Assembly (NCBI GenBank): GCA_023413895.1
Contig: JAEZOU010000003.1
Location: forward strand, 148,265 to 212,264
DNA length: 64,000 bases
Direction of reading: 5' to 3'
Origin: Bacteroidota bacterium
GTDB lineage: Bacteria; Bacteroidota; Bacteroidia; Bacteroidales; WCHB1-69
Made by a program: the position numbers and the translations under genes. Below, piece by piece: positions 47,269-56,744 of this stretch. The notes beneath the pieces are model-generated. The model searched no databases, was not told the origin of the DNA, and saw nothing but the letters and a program-made list of their open reading frames with translations. Every line of letters starts with the position of its first letter. The first letter of the stretch is position 1.

Positions 47269-48930
47269 ATGAAAAAGATTTTTATCACCCTTTCCTGCTT
47301 GGCAACTATTGCCATAGTATGTTCATCTTGCAAAAGTAAATCTCCTGCAGAAGAAGCCTCTACAGAACCTGTAAAGAGTGAAATTCAGAAGAAGGTTGAA
47401 GAGTTCTATTATGTTGACCTTACAGCTCCAGAACTCATCGCAAACCTTACTGAAAACGAGAAAAAATTGATTCCAATCTTTATCGAAATCGCAGAGATTG
47501 TTGATGACCTTTTCTGGAAACAAACTTTCGGCGACAAATCTATCCTCGATACCATTCAAGATCCATATACCAAAGACTTCGTATCCATCAACTATGGTCC
47601 TTGGGAAAGATTAAACAATGATGTACCTTTCGTTACAGGATTTGGTACAAAACCCCTCACTTGCCAATACTACCCAACAGACATCACTGTTGAGGAATAT
47701 GAAGCATACACTGACCCAAACAAAGGTAGCTTATATACCGTTCTTAGAAGAAATGAAGATGGAAGTTTAAAAACTGTTTGGTACAGAGATGAATACAAAG
47801 CAGAAATCGACCAAATTTGCACTCTCTTAGACCAAGCTATTGAATTAGCTGAAAACAACGGACTGAAAAACTATTTAATCGAACGTAAGAAAGCATTCCA
47901 AACTGACGACTATTTTGCTAGTGATATGGCTTGGATGGATATGAAAGATAGTCGTATTGATTTTGTTGTGGGCCCTATCGAAAACTACGACGACTGCTTC
48001 CAAAAAGCAAAAGCAGCATACGAGGCATACATTTTATTAAAAGATGAAGCAAGAAGTGAGCAACTCACCAAATTCATCGCTTTATTACCACAACTACAAA
48101 AAGAACTTCCTTGCGCACCAGAATATAAAACCTTCGTACCAGGAAGCTCTTCTGACATGAATGTTTATAATGCAATCTATTATGCTGGAGACTGTAACTC
48201 TGGAAGTAAAACCATTGCCATCAACTTACCAAACGACGACCGCGTAGCTAAATCAAAAGGTACACGCAGACTCCAACTTAGAAATAGTATGCAAGCTAAA
48301 TATGACCTTATCATTCCTGCTATCGGCAAACTTCTTTTCACTCCTGACGTACAAGAACATCTTAAATTTGATGCTTTTTTCTGGAATGTCACTTTCCATG
48401 AAGTAGCACATGGTTTAGGCATTAAACAAACCATCAACGGAAAAGGAAGTGTTGATAAAGCTATGGGTAACGAAGTTACTGCTTGGGAAGAAGCTAAAGC
48501 TGACATTTTAGGTTTGTTTATGGTTTGTAAATTAGTAGAAATGGGTGAAATTACTGATATTACTGCTGAAGATGCTATCGCAACCTTTATGGCAGGCATT
48601 TTCCGCTCTATCCGCTTCGGTGTTAGCAAAGACCATGGAACTGCTAATATGATGTGCTTGAGCTATATGATGGAACAAGGTGCTCTTACTCGCAGCACTG
48701 ATGGTATCTACCAAATTGATATGGCAAAAGCAAAAGAAGCCATCAATGGATGGGCAAATCTTATTATTACTACTCAAGGTGATGGAAACTATGAATTTGC
48801 AAAAGAATTCCGTACTCAGCATAATGTAATTTCTGCCGAATTACAAAGCGATCTTGACAAAATCAATGCTGCTGGAATTCCAAAAGATATTCGTTTTAAT
48901 CAAGGCCTAAAAGTTCTCGGACTAGAATAA
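47269..48930 (+). CDS. DPP-III-like (M49-like) zinc metallopeptidase lipoprotein
   Basis: 553 aa with a lipoprotein signal (IVCSSCKS). The zinc-binding HEVAHGLG is followed about 25 aa later by EEAKAD, reminiscent of the HExxxH...EExxAE pair of DPP III. The assignment is tentative. Confidence 0.55.
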   Translation: MKKIFITLSCLATIAIVCSSCKSKSPAEEASTEPVKSEIQKKVEEFYYVDLTAPELIANLTENEKKLIPIFIEIAEIVDDLFWKQTFGDKSILDTIQDPYTKDFVSINYGPWERLNNDVPFVTGFGTKPLTCQYYPTDITVEEYEAYTDPNKGSLYTVLRRNEDGSLKTVWYRDEYKAEIDQICTLLDQAIELAENNGLKNYLIERKKAFQTDDYFASDMAWMDMKDSRIDFVVGPIENYDDCFQKAKAAYEAYILLKDEARSEQLTKFIALLPQLQKELPCAPEYKTFVPGSSSDMNVYNAIYYAGDCNSGSKTIAINLPNDDRVAKSKGTRRLQLRNSMQAKYDLIIPAIGKLLFTPDVQEHLKFDAFFWNVTFHEVAHGLGIKQTINGKGSVDKAMGNEVTAWEEAKADILGLFMVCKLVEMGEITDITAEDAIATFMAGIFRSIRFGVSKDHGTANMMCLSYMMEQGALTRSTDGIYQIDMAKAKEAINGWANLIITTQGDGNYEFAKEFRTQHNVISAELQSDLDKINAAGIPKDIRFNQGLKVLGLE

Positions 48931-48942
48931 TTGATATAAACT

Positions 48943-50394
48943 ATGATAACCTTTACTATTTGCTTATGTATTCTCATTGCAGGATACTTCCTTTACGGGA
49001 AACTAGCAGAGAAGGTATTCGGAGTAAACCCAAACCGCGCAACGCCAGCATACAATATTAACGACGGAGTGGACTTCATTCCAATGAATCCTATTCGTGT
49101 TTTTATTATTCAATTTCTAAACATTGCTGGCGTTGGGCCTATTTTTGGAGCCATTTTAGGCGCTAAATTTGGTATTACCTCCTTTTTCTGGATTGCATTA
49201 GGAAGTGTTTTCATCGGAGGCGTACACGATTTCATTCCGGGTATGATTTCTCTCCGCAAAAATGGCATTTCATTAGCAGAAATACATGGAGAATACCTAG
49301 GAAACTTCACTCGTAAGTTTATGCGTATATTCCTCATCCTTTTTTGCGTATTGGTTGGCGTTGTTTTCGTAATGAGTCCAGCAATGCTTTTAGAGGGTCT
49401 TACGCCTAATTTCTTCAACAAAGCCTTTTGGATTATAGTTATATTCATTTATTATATTATCGCAACACTTCTTCCGATTGACAAGATCATTGGAAAAATT
49501 TACCCAATTTTTGGAGTTTGCTTACTCTTTATGGCAGCGGCTATTCTTGTTTCCCTATTCATTCATCATCCGAACATCCCTGAATTTTGGCAAGGTTCTG
49601 CCAATATCCATCCCCAAAAAGGAGAACTCCCCATATTCCCTGTACTTTTCATTACAATTGCCTGCGGAGCTGTTTCTGGCTTCCACCCAACGCAATCTTC
49701 GCTCATGGCAAGATGTTTAACCAATGAGAAATATGGCCGTCCTATTTTCTACGGATCAATGATTACAGAAGGAATTGTAGCTCTCATTTGGGCTGCCGCA
49801 GCAACAGCATTTTTCCATAATCCAGAATATGCGGAACAAGGAATTATCAATCAAGATCCTGCAACTATCGTCAACCTTATCGCTAACACTTGGTTAGGAA
49901 AAGTCGGTGCTATCTTTGCTATTTTAGGCGTTATCTGCGCCCCAATTTCCACAGGCGATACTGCATTCCGCTCCGCTCGACTGATGGCCGCCGATGTCTT
50001 CAACTTGGAACAAAAAAGTATCTCAAAGCGACTTATGCTTGCTTTTCCATTATTTACTATCGCTATACTTTTCCTAATCTATAACATGAAAGCCCCTGAC
50101 TCCTTTAACTCAATCTGGAGATTTTTCTCTTTGGCTAACCAAATCATTGCCGCTGTAACATTATGGGCAATAACCGTTTATCTTCATCAAGAAAGAAAAA
50201 ACTTCATCTTTACCATTATTCCAGCTGTTTTTATGACATTGGTTACAACCTCCTTCATCTTTATTTCTCCAACTGAAGGTTTTGGGCTTAATCCTCTCAT
50301 ATCTTACTCTTGCAGCATCCTTTTAACCATTGCCGCACTTTTTAGGTTTCTATTTTGGAAACGAAAATATGATAAAACTAGAGCAAAATTATAA
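48943..50394 (+). CDS. cstA: Carbon starvation protein CstA family (peptide/pyruvate transporter)
   Basis: 483 aa and polytopic. The N-terminal pattern YFLYGKLAEKVFG...DGVDFIPMN...FGAILG is typical of CstA. Confidence 0.8.
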   Translation: MITFTICLCILIAGYFLYGKLAEKVFGVNPNRATPAYNINDGVDFIPMNPIRVFIIQFLNIAGVGPIFGAILGAKFGITSFFWIALGSVFIGGVHDFIPGMISLRKNGISLAEIHGEYLGNFTRKFMRIFLILFCVLVGVVFVMSPAMLLEGLTPNFFNKAFWIIVIFIYYIIATLLPIDKIIGKIYPIFGVCLLFMAAAILVSLFIHHPNIPEFWQGSANIHPQKGELPIFPVLFITIACGAVSGFHPTQSSLMARCLTNEKYGRPIFYGSMITEGIVALIWAAAATAFFHNPEYAEQGIINQDPATIVNLIANTWLGKVGAIFAILGVICAPISTGDTAFRSARLMAADVFNLEQKSISKRLMLAFPLFTIAILFLIYNMKAPDSFNSIWRFFSLANQIIAAVTLWAITVYLHQERKNFIFTIIPAVFMTLVTTSFIFISPTEGFGLNPLISYSCSILLTIAALFRFLFWKRKYDKTRAKL

Positions 50395-50400
50395 AAACTA

Positions 50401-51222
50401 ATGACACAATATTTATACAGAAACGTAAGTAAAGTAACCACAAACGTTCTACAAAGAATGCGTAATGAAGGCGAAAAGATTGCCATGCTTACTGCATACG
50501 ATTATTCCACAGCAAAACTTCTTGATTCAACCCACATTGATGTTATCTTAGTGGGTGATTCTGCTGCCAATGTAATGGCTGGTTACAGAACAACCCTGCC
50601 AATAACACTCAACGAAATGATTTACCACGCTTCATCAGTAGTGCGTGCGGTAAAGAGAGCCCTCGTGGTAGTTGATATGCCCTTTGGAACTTACCAAGGA
50701 AACTCTAAGGAGGCTTTGAATTCTGCAATCCGTATTATGAAAGAATCTGGCGCTGATGCAGTAAAAATGGAAGGTGGTGTAGAGATTTCGGAAAGTATTG
50801 ATAGAATTCTCTCTGCAGGAATTCCTGTTATGGGACACTTAGGACTTACTCCTCAATCTATCAATAAATTCGGAACCTATTCCGTAAGAGCAACCGAAGA
50901 GAAAGAGGCCGAAAAACTGATTGAAGATGCCAAAATTCTTGAACAACACGGATGCTTTGCCATTGTTTTGGAAAAGATTCCTGCAACTCTTGCTAAGATG
51001 GTTACCGAAAGCATCAACATCCCAACTATTGGAATCGGCGCTGGACATCATACAAGCGGTCAAGTGTTAGTTTTTCACGATATGATGGGATACTCTCAAG
51101 AATTCTCCCCACGATTTCTTCGCAGATACCACAACATCGGAGAGGAAATTATTGGTGCTGTAGAACACTATATCCGCGATGTTAAAGAAGTAAAATTCCC
51201 CGATGACTCAGAACAATACTAA
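50401..51222 (+). CDS. panB: 3-methyl-2-oxobutanoate hydroxymethyltransferase
   Basis: 273 aa. [24 protein letters not shown] and IGIGAG are PanB hallmarks. Confidence 0.92.
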   Translation: MTQYLYRNVSKVTTNVLQRMRNEGEKIAMLTAYDYSTAKLLDSTHIDVILVGDSAANVMAGYRTTLPITLNEMIYHASSVVRAVKRALVVVDMPFGTYQGNSKEALNSAIRIMKESGADAVKMEGGVEISESIDRILSAGIPVMGHLGLTPQSINKFGTYSVRATEEKEAEKLIEDAKILEQHGCFAIVLEKIPATLAKMVTESINIPTIGIGAGHHTSGQVLVFHDMMGYSQEFSPRFLRRYHNIGEEIIGAVEHYIRDVKEVKFPDDSEQY

Positions 51223-51931
51223 TATAGTACCTCGAACGGAAATCGACATCAACGAAAGAGTTTTATTCGAAGATAATCACCTTATTGTTATCAATAAATT
51301 GGCAGGTGAGATTGTCCAAGGAGATAAAACTGGCGATTTGCCTTTAGTGGAAAAAGTGAAAAACTATCTTAAGGAGAAATACAATAAGCCAGGAAATGTT
51401 TTCTGCGGATTAGTACATCGAATTGACAGACCTGTAAGTGGTGCGGTAATCTTTGCTAAAACCTCAAAGGCACTTGCTCGAATGAATAAGATTGTCCAAG
51501 AACGGAATATTACCAAAATCTATTGGGCTCTCGTTGAGAATGCACCCGAACAACCAGAGGGACGACTTGTTCATTTTATGAAAAAAAATGAAGCTCTAAA
51601 TAAATCTGTAGCCATCAACGAGAAAAGAAAAGAATACCAGCGCGCTGAATTGGAATACAAGGTATTAGGAAAATCACGGAACTATACACTTTTAGAAATC
51701 TCCTTGCTAACTGGAAGACATCACCAAATTCGAGCACAATTAGCCGCTATTGGAACTTCAATAAAAGGAGACTTAAAATATGGTGCTAAACGTAGTAACA
51801 AAGATGGATCCATTGCGCTACACGCTATCAAAATTCAATTTTATCATCCTGTAAACAAAGAGAATATAATTCTTAAAGCACCTATATTGAATCGTGAATT
51901 TCTTAAAATTATTTCGCAAATCAATATTTAG
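51203..51931 (+). CDS. RluA-family pseudouridine synthase
   Basis: 242 aa with the catalytic motif HRIDRPVSG and the downstream GRHHQIR. It overlaps panB by 20 nt. Confidence 0.85.
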   Translation: MTQNNTNIVPRTEIDINERVLFEDNHLIVINKLAGEIVQGDKTGDLPLVEKVKNYLKEKYNKPGNVFCGLVHRIDRPVSGAVIFAKTSKALARMNKIVQERNITKIYWALVENAPEQPEGRLVHFMKKNEALNKSVAINEKRKEYQRAELEYKVLGKSRNYTLLEISLLTGRHHQIRAQLAAIGTSIKGDLKYGAKRSNKDGSIALHAIKIQFYHPVNKENIILKAPILNREFLKIISQINI

Positions 51932-51941
51932 ATTCAGAAAA

Positions 51942-51975
51942 AACAATCCTTAAGTTGTAGGGATTGTTTTTTTTT
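51942..51975 (+). terminator. Intrinsic terminator after the rluA-family gene
   Basis: ACAAUCC pairs with GGAUUGU across an ~11-nt loop, followed by a run of U residues that continues from the 3' stem arm. Confidence 0.75.
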
Positions 51976-51976
51976 A

Positions 51977-51984
51977 TATATTTG
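51977..51984 (+). promoter_or_regulatory. Bacteroidota -7 promoter box (TATATTTG) for the T9SS-cargo/DUF4271/hemD/rnpA/uvrC string
   Basis: TATATTTG lies 39 nt upstream of ATG 52023, immediately after the terminator. Confidence 0.5.
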
Positions 51985-52022
51985 CCAAATTAATTGTTTA
52001 ACCATCATAATTTAAAATAGCT

Positions 52023-52748
52023 ATGAAAAAATTATTAGTGTTATTTATATGTTTCTTTTTATCAACTACTTTCGCACAAACCTTATTACTCGAATACAAT
52101 GGTGAAAATGTAGCAGATGGTGATACTATTGTCGGAGTTACTACAAATATGAATGGAGAAACTCCCTTCTTTATTGACTTAACAAACAACACTGATAGTA
52201 GAGTACAACTTAAAGTTCGTAAAGAAACATTATCTTTAGTAACAGATGCATATTGTTCTTTTTGTTTAGGAGAATGCTATTCAGGTGATGAGAGTATTTT
52301 CTCATACGAAATGAATGCTGGAGAAAGCCTAACCCATGCAGAAGCAGGTGATTTAGCTTTCCACCTTAACTATAACCCAAACCGAAATGAAGGAACCTCA
52401 TTATTCCATTTTACAATTTTTGATGAAACAAATCCTGATATCTCTACAAGTTTCTATTTCTCTGTTACTGCTTCTGCTAATGTTGGTATCCAAAATTACA
52501 ATACAAATACACTCTCAGCATATCCAAATCCTGCAAAAAATTACGTTACTATCAACTATACAATCAGCAACTCTCCTGCAAAATTGGTAATAAGAAACCT
52601 TGTGGGTGCAATCGTTTTTACACAAAATATTAATCCTGCTGATTCTAAAGTAAAAATTTCTCTTTCCAACTTCAAAACAGGTGTGTATTTCTACTCCATT
52701 GAACAAAACAATAAAGCCTTACTTACCAAGAAGTTAATCGTGAAATAA
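52023..52748 (+). CDS. Secreted protein with T9SS C-terminal sorting domain
   Basis: 241 aa with a signal peptide (FLSTTFAQ). The C-terminal ~75 aa match the Por/T9SS CTD pattern (LSAYPNPAKNYVTINYT...GVYFYSIEQNNKALLTKKLIVK). Confidence 0.8.
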   Translation: MKKLLVLFICFFLSTTFAQTLLLEYNGENVADGDTIVGVTTNMNGETPFFIDLTNNTDSRVQLKVRKETLSLVTDAYCSFCLGECYSGDESIFSYEMNAGESLTHAEAGDLAFHLNYNPNRNEGTSLFHFTIFDETNPDISTSFYFSVTASANVGIQNYNTNTLSAYPNPAKNYVTINYTISNSPAKLVIRNLVGAIVFTQNINPADSKVKISLSNFKTGVYFYSIEQNNKALLTKKLIVK

Positions 52749-52756
52749 AACCTATC

Positions 52757-53470
52757 GTGCCTACCAACGATTCAATATTTCGACTTCAGAAAATAGTTGA
52801 TATTTCAGAAATTACTGAAAAAGCTACTCATACGGGAAATACAATTGCTTTCATAGCAGTTTGTATCTCCCTCTTTTTTTTAGCTATAATCGCCTCTGTA
52901 TATCGAAAAAAAACAATTCTTCTTTTTCAATCCCTCTTTTCTGCTCGTATTTTTTCTCAACTACTTCGTGAAGGCAAAATTCTCAACGAAAGAATCTATC
53001 TATACAGCATACTTTTTATGCTCCCATTGCAGGCACTCTTCATCAGAACAATAACTACACTTTTATTCCCTAATATTCTCAATACACTTTCATACTCCAA
53101 CATTATGGCTGCCGCTTTAGTTGCTGCTATTATCGACTACGTTGGTAAAAATAGTATTGTTACCCTAATATTAAAACTATACGAATATGATGAAGACCGA
53201 CCTATATACGTTCTAAATAAACTCTTCTTTCATCTTTGCAATTGCGGTTTTCACTTGATAATTCTCCCGATTATCTTATTTTGTGAGTACACAAATATAG
53301 TATTTCTCTATATACCCATATTTCTAACAACATCTATATTCCTGATTATCAGAATTTTTTCTTTAAAAATGAGAAAAATCGGAGCATTACAATTTTTTCT
53401 TTACTTTTGCACGCTTGAAATTTTGCCCTATTTACTATTTTTAAAAATAGTATCTTTATGGGCAAAGTAA
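52757..53470 (+). CDS. DUF4271-like polytopic membrane protein
   Basis: 237 aa with a GTG start and about 6 TMs. It sits immediately upstream of a HemD-like gene, as seen for DUF4271 in Bacteroidota. Family call is by context and by eye. Confidence 0.5.
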   Translation: MPTNDSIFRLQKIVDISEITEKATHTGNTIAFIAVCISLFFLAIIASVYRKKTILLFQSLFSARIFSQLLREGKILNERIYLYSILFMLPLQALFIRTITTLLFPNILNTLSYSNIMAAALVAAIIDYVGKNSIVTLILKLYEYDEDRPIYVLNKLFFHLCNCGFHLIILPIILFCEYTNIVFLYIPIFLTTSIFLIIRIFSLKMRKIGALQFFLYFCTLEILPYLLFLKIVSLWAK

Positions 53471-53491
53471 TTATAAAATAAAATTGCGGCG

Positions 53492-54256
53492 ATGAAAATT
53501 AAAAATATCCTATTATCTCAAGTTGCTCCTGCAGATATCGAAAAAACCCCATACGCTGAATTACGTAAAAAATACAGCATTAACTTGGATTTCTATAAAT
53601 TCTTCAAGTTTGAAGGCATTCCAGCTGTTGAATTTAGACAGACCAAAATCAATATTCTGAATCATACTGCTGTCGTATTTTCTAGCACTACAGCCATCGA
53701 CTACTTCTTTACTTTAGTAAAAGATTTACGCGTCGAAATGCCAGAAAATATGAAGTATTTCTGCGTTACAGATACCGCTGCTTACTACTTGCAAAAGTAT
53801 ATTCCCTATCGTAAAAGAAAGATTTTCTACGCAAAAAACAACCAAAACTCTGGACTTTTTGAACTTCTACTTAAAAACAGAGAACTAAAGTTCCTCCTTC
53901 CTTGTGGAAATGGAATGATGTCAACACAATATTCTGATTTCTTTGATAGCAACAATATTGAATATACTCAAGCTGTGATTTTTAATACTGTTGCTGCAAA
54001 TATTAAAGAAGATATTGATATCTCCAAATATAATATGATTGTTTTTTTCAGCCCTTCTGGCGTACAAGCTTTCAAAACCAATTTCCCTGATTTTGAGCAA
54101 GGTGAGATGGCTTTTGCAGCAATGGGACCAGCAGCTGTTGAAGCAATAGAAGCAGAAGGTTGGACTCTTCACGTAGCTGCTCCTACCAAAGAAGCACCTT
54201 CTATTACAACTGCATTAGACATCTTCTTGAAAGACCATGCAACCAGAAGAAGATAA
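53492..54256 (+). CDS. hemD: Uroporphyrinogen-III synthase-like (HemD/HEM4 family) protein
   Basis: 254 aa. The two-lobe pattern has VVFSSTTAIDYF and IVFFSPSGVQAF segments typical of the HEM4 family. No other hem genes are in the window. Confidence 0.6.
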   Translation: MKIKNILLSQVAPADIEKTPYAELRKKYSINLDFYKFFKFEGIPAVEFRQTKINILNHTAVVFSSTTAIDYFFTLVKDLRVEMPENMKYFCVTDTAAYYLQKYIPYRKRKIFYAKNNQNSGLFELLLKNRELKFLLPCGNGMMSTQYSDFFDSNNIEYTQAVIFNTVAANIKEDIDISKYNMIVFFSPSGVQAFKTNFPDFEQGEMAFAAMGPAAVEAIEAEGWTLHVAAPTKEAPSITTALDIFLKDHATRRR

Positions 54257-54650
54257 TTTTATTGGAAATAGTTTCCCAAAAAAAGAGAAAATCTGTTCAA
54301 AGATTACATTCCAAACTTTGTTGAATGATAATCAATCTGTGTTTTGTTATCCCTTTAAATGCTACTACAAAACTTCAGAAATAAACTCCGAAAACATTTG
54401 TAATAGCTTTGCTGTAACCATTCCCAAACGTCTTTTCAAACATGCCGTGGACAGAAATCTTCTCAAAAGAAGAACGCGCGAAGCATATCGTTTGCAAAAA
54501 AAACGCCTTATCCCTATATCAAATGAAAAAAAACATACTTTTGCCCTACTTTTTGTTTATATCGCAAAAGAACGGATTAGTTATGCCACTATAGAAGAAA
54601 GTGTAAGCAAAATTATTGATATAGTGATTACTAAAGACAATGAACGATAA
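54237..54650 (+). CDS. rnpA: Ribonuclease P protein component
   Basis: 137 aa and basic. The RNR-type motif is AVDRNLLKRRTREAYR. The exact start is uncertain, because the ORF overlaps hemD by 20 nt. Confidence 0.8.
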   Translation: MQPEEDNFIGNSFPKKEKICSKITFQTLLNDNQSVFCYPFKCYYKTSEINSENICNSFAVTIPKRLFKHAVDRNLLKRRTREAYRLQKKRLIPISNEKKHTFALLFVYIAKERISYATIEESVSKIIDIVITKDNER

Positions 54651-56430
54651 CGAACATATTCGACTAATTTTAAAAACATTACCAGAAAAACCAGGCGTCT
54701 ATCACTTTTTAGATAGTGATAACAAAATTATTTACATTGGCAAAGCAAAAATTCTAAAACGTAGAGTTAGCTCTTACTTTAACAAGCATCATACATCGCC
54801 CAAACTTAATGCCTTAGTAAGAAAAATTCAAGATATTAAGTTCACAATTGTGGATAACGAATGGGACGCTCTACTACTAGAAAATAGTATGATTAAAGAG
54901 CACAAGCCCTTTTACAACGTTTTGCTGAAAGATGACAAAAGCTACCCTTGGATTGCTATTACTCGGGAAGAATTTCCTAGAGTATTTTTTACGCGACAAC
55001 CTGACAAAAATCTACATATACTCTTCGGGCCATACGCATCTGTACGTTATGTAAATATCCTCCTCAACCTCATCAATGACATATTCCCATTGCGTACGTG
55101 TTTCTCATTAGCTAAAAATGGACGACCATGCCTGCAATACCAAATAAAAAAATGTGCTGCACCTTGCGCTAATCTTATCAGTCAAGAAGATTATCAGAAA
55201 AATATTTCCATTATTATTGATATTATAAAAGGAAATAACTCATTGGCTATTAACACATTAAAAGACAAAATGCACAAATATGCAGAAGCTTGGGAATTTG
55301 AAAAAGCTCAAGAAATTAAGATGAAAATTGAAATTCTTGAACAACATCAAGCAAAATCTATAGTAGTAAATCCTATAGTTTCTAATTGCGATACTTTTTC
55401 CATAATTATAGAGGGACAAAGTGCGTTTGTTAACTTTTTTCGCATAAATGAGGGGGCTATCGTTCAGTCTTATACCTTCGAAATTTCCAACAACCTTGAA
55501 CTGAGTCAAGAAGAGTTATTAATTCGAGGAATTGTAGAAGTTCAGCAAAAATTCGGTATGCTTTCACCACAAATAATTGTACCTTTTGTGCCACAAATCG
55601 AGGATAGCCATCTCCAATTTTACGTACCCATTAGAGGTGACAAAAAAAAGTTATTAGAACTATCAGAAAGAAACGCCAAAACCTATATGTTGGAGAAGAG
55701 AAAACGACAAGAACTAATTGATCCAGATAGGCATAAGCAACGGATTCTCATGCAACTGCAACAAGATTTAGGGATGAAAAATTTACCTCAACGAATTGAA
55801 TGTTTTGACAATTCAAACACACAAGGCGAAGAACCTGTTGCAGGTATGGTTTGTTTTATAAACGGAAAACCAGCAAAAAAGGAATATCGGCATTTTCTCA
55901 TAAAGACAGTTGTTGGGCCTGACGATTTTGCATCAATGAAAGAGGTTGTTTTTAGAAGATATAGTCGCATTTTAGAAGAAAATAAACCTTTACCTGACCT
56001 CATCATAATTGATGGGGGCAAAGGGCAACTACACGCCGCTTACGAAGTTCTTGAGCAGCTACAACTCAATAATCAAATTATGCTTATTGGTATTGCAGAA
56101 AGATTAGAAGATATTTATAAAGTTGGAGAAAAACTTCCACTTTTTATAGATAAAAAATCTGAAAGTCAGAAATTGCTACAACAGATTCGCGACGAGGTAC
56201 ATAGGTTTAGTATTACTCATCATAGGAATCGTCGTAGTAAGAAGAGTTTAGACTCAGAATTGGACCATATTTCTGGCATTGGGAAACAGACAAAAGAAAA
56301 GTTGCTTGTTCATTTTAAGAGCATTCATAAAATAGAACAAGCAACTATGGAGTCTCTTACTGAAGTAGTGGGCAAACAGAAAGCATCAATCCTATTTACT
56401 TACTTTCAGTCAAAGAAGAATTTACATTAA
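54640..56430 (+). CDS. uvrC: Excinuclease ABC subunit C
   Basis: 596 aa. It has an N-terminal GIY-YIG module (PGVYHFLDSDNKIIYIGKAK), a UVR domain, an endonuclease V-like region, and a C-terminal HhH region. Confidence 0.95.
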   Translation: MNDNEHIRLILKTLPEKPGVYHFLDSDNKIIYIGKAKILKRRVSSYFNKHHTSPKLNALVRKIQDIKFTIVDNEWDALLLENSMIKEHKPFYNVLLKDDKSYPWIAITREEFPRVFFTRQPDKNLHILFGPYASVRYVNILLNLINDIFPLRTCFSLAKNGRPCLQYQIKKCAAPCANLISQEDYQKNISIIIDIIKGNNSLAINTLKDKMHKYAEAWEFEKAQEIKMKIEILEQHQAKSIVVNPIVSNCDTFSIIIEGQSAFVNFFRINEGAIVQSYTFEISNNLELSQEELLIRGIVEVQQKFGMLSPQIIVPFVPQIEDSHLQFYVPIRGDKKKLLELSERNAKTYMLEKRKRQELIDPDRHKQRILMQLQQDLGMKNLPQRIECFDNSNTQGEEPVAGMVCFINGKPAKKEYRHFLIKTVVGPDDFASMKEVVFRRYSRILEENKPLPDLIIIDGGKGQLHAAYEVLEQLQLNNQIMLIGIAERLEDIYKVGEKLPLFIDKKSESQKLLQQIRDEVHRFSITHHRNRRSKKSLDSELDHISGIGKQTKEKLLVHFKSIHKIEQATMESLTEVVGKQKASILFTYFQSKKNLH

Positions 56431-56726
56431 GCCATTCCTCCTTTATTAGGGTTTACCATTGGAAGAACATCAGGAGATACCTCACTAATTTTTCCTGCTT
56501 TCTCCTCAAATTTACGGATATTATCAGTTAGTGCATGTAAAAGTCTTTTAGCATTTTGAGGAGTAAGTATAATCCTTGAGCGTACATTTGCTTTAGGAAC
56601 TCCAGGCATCATAGCAATAAAATCCAAGATAAATTCAGAATTTGAGTGAGTAATTACAGCGAGATTAGCATATGTTCCTTGGGCTACCTCTTCTGACACA
56701 CTAATATCAATTTTTTGTTCTTCCAT
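56427..56726 (-). CDS. DUF3467 domain-containing protein
   Basis: 99 aa. The segment GTYANLAVITHSNSEFILDFI and the position directly downstream of rpoC match the DUF3467 genes of Bacteroidota. Confidence 0.7.
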   Translation of the reverse strand: MEEQKIDISVSEEVAQGTYANLAVITHSNSEFILDFIAMMPGVPKANVRSRIILTPQNAKRLLHALTDNIRKFEEKAGKISEVSPDVLPMVNPNKGGMA

Positions 56727-56744
56727 TTCTATTTAATTTTAAAA

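Noticed and set aside
48180-48629. 149-aa ORF antisense to the DPP-III-like peptidase gene.
   Set aside because: It is a shadow ORF whose composition mirrors the sense gene.
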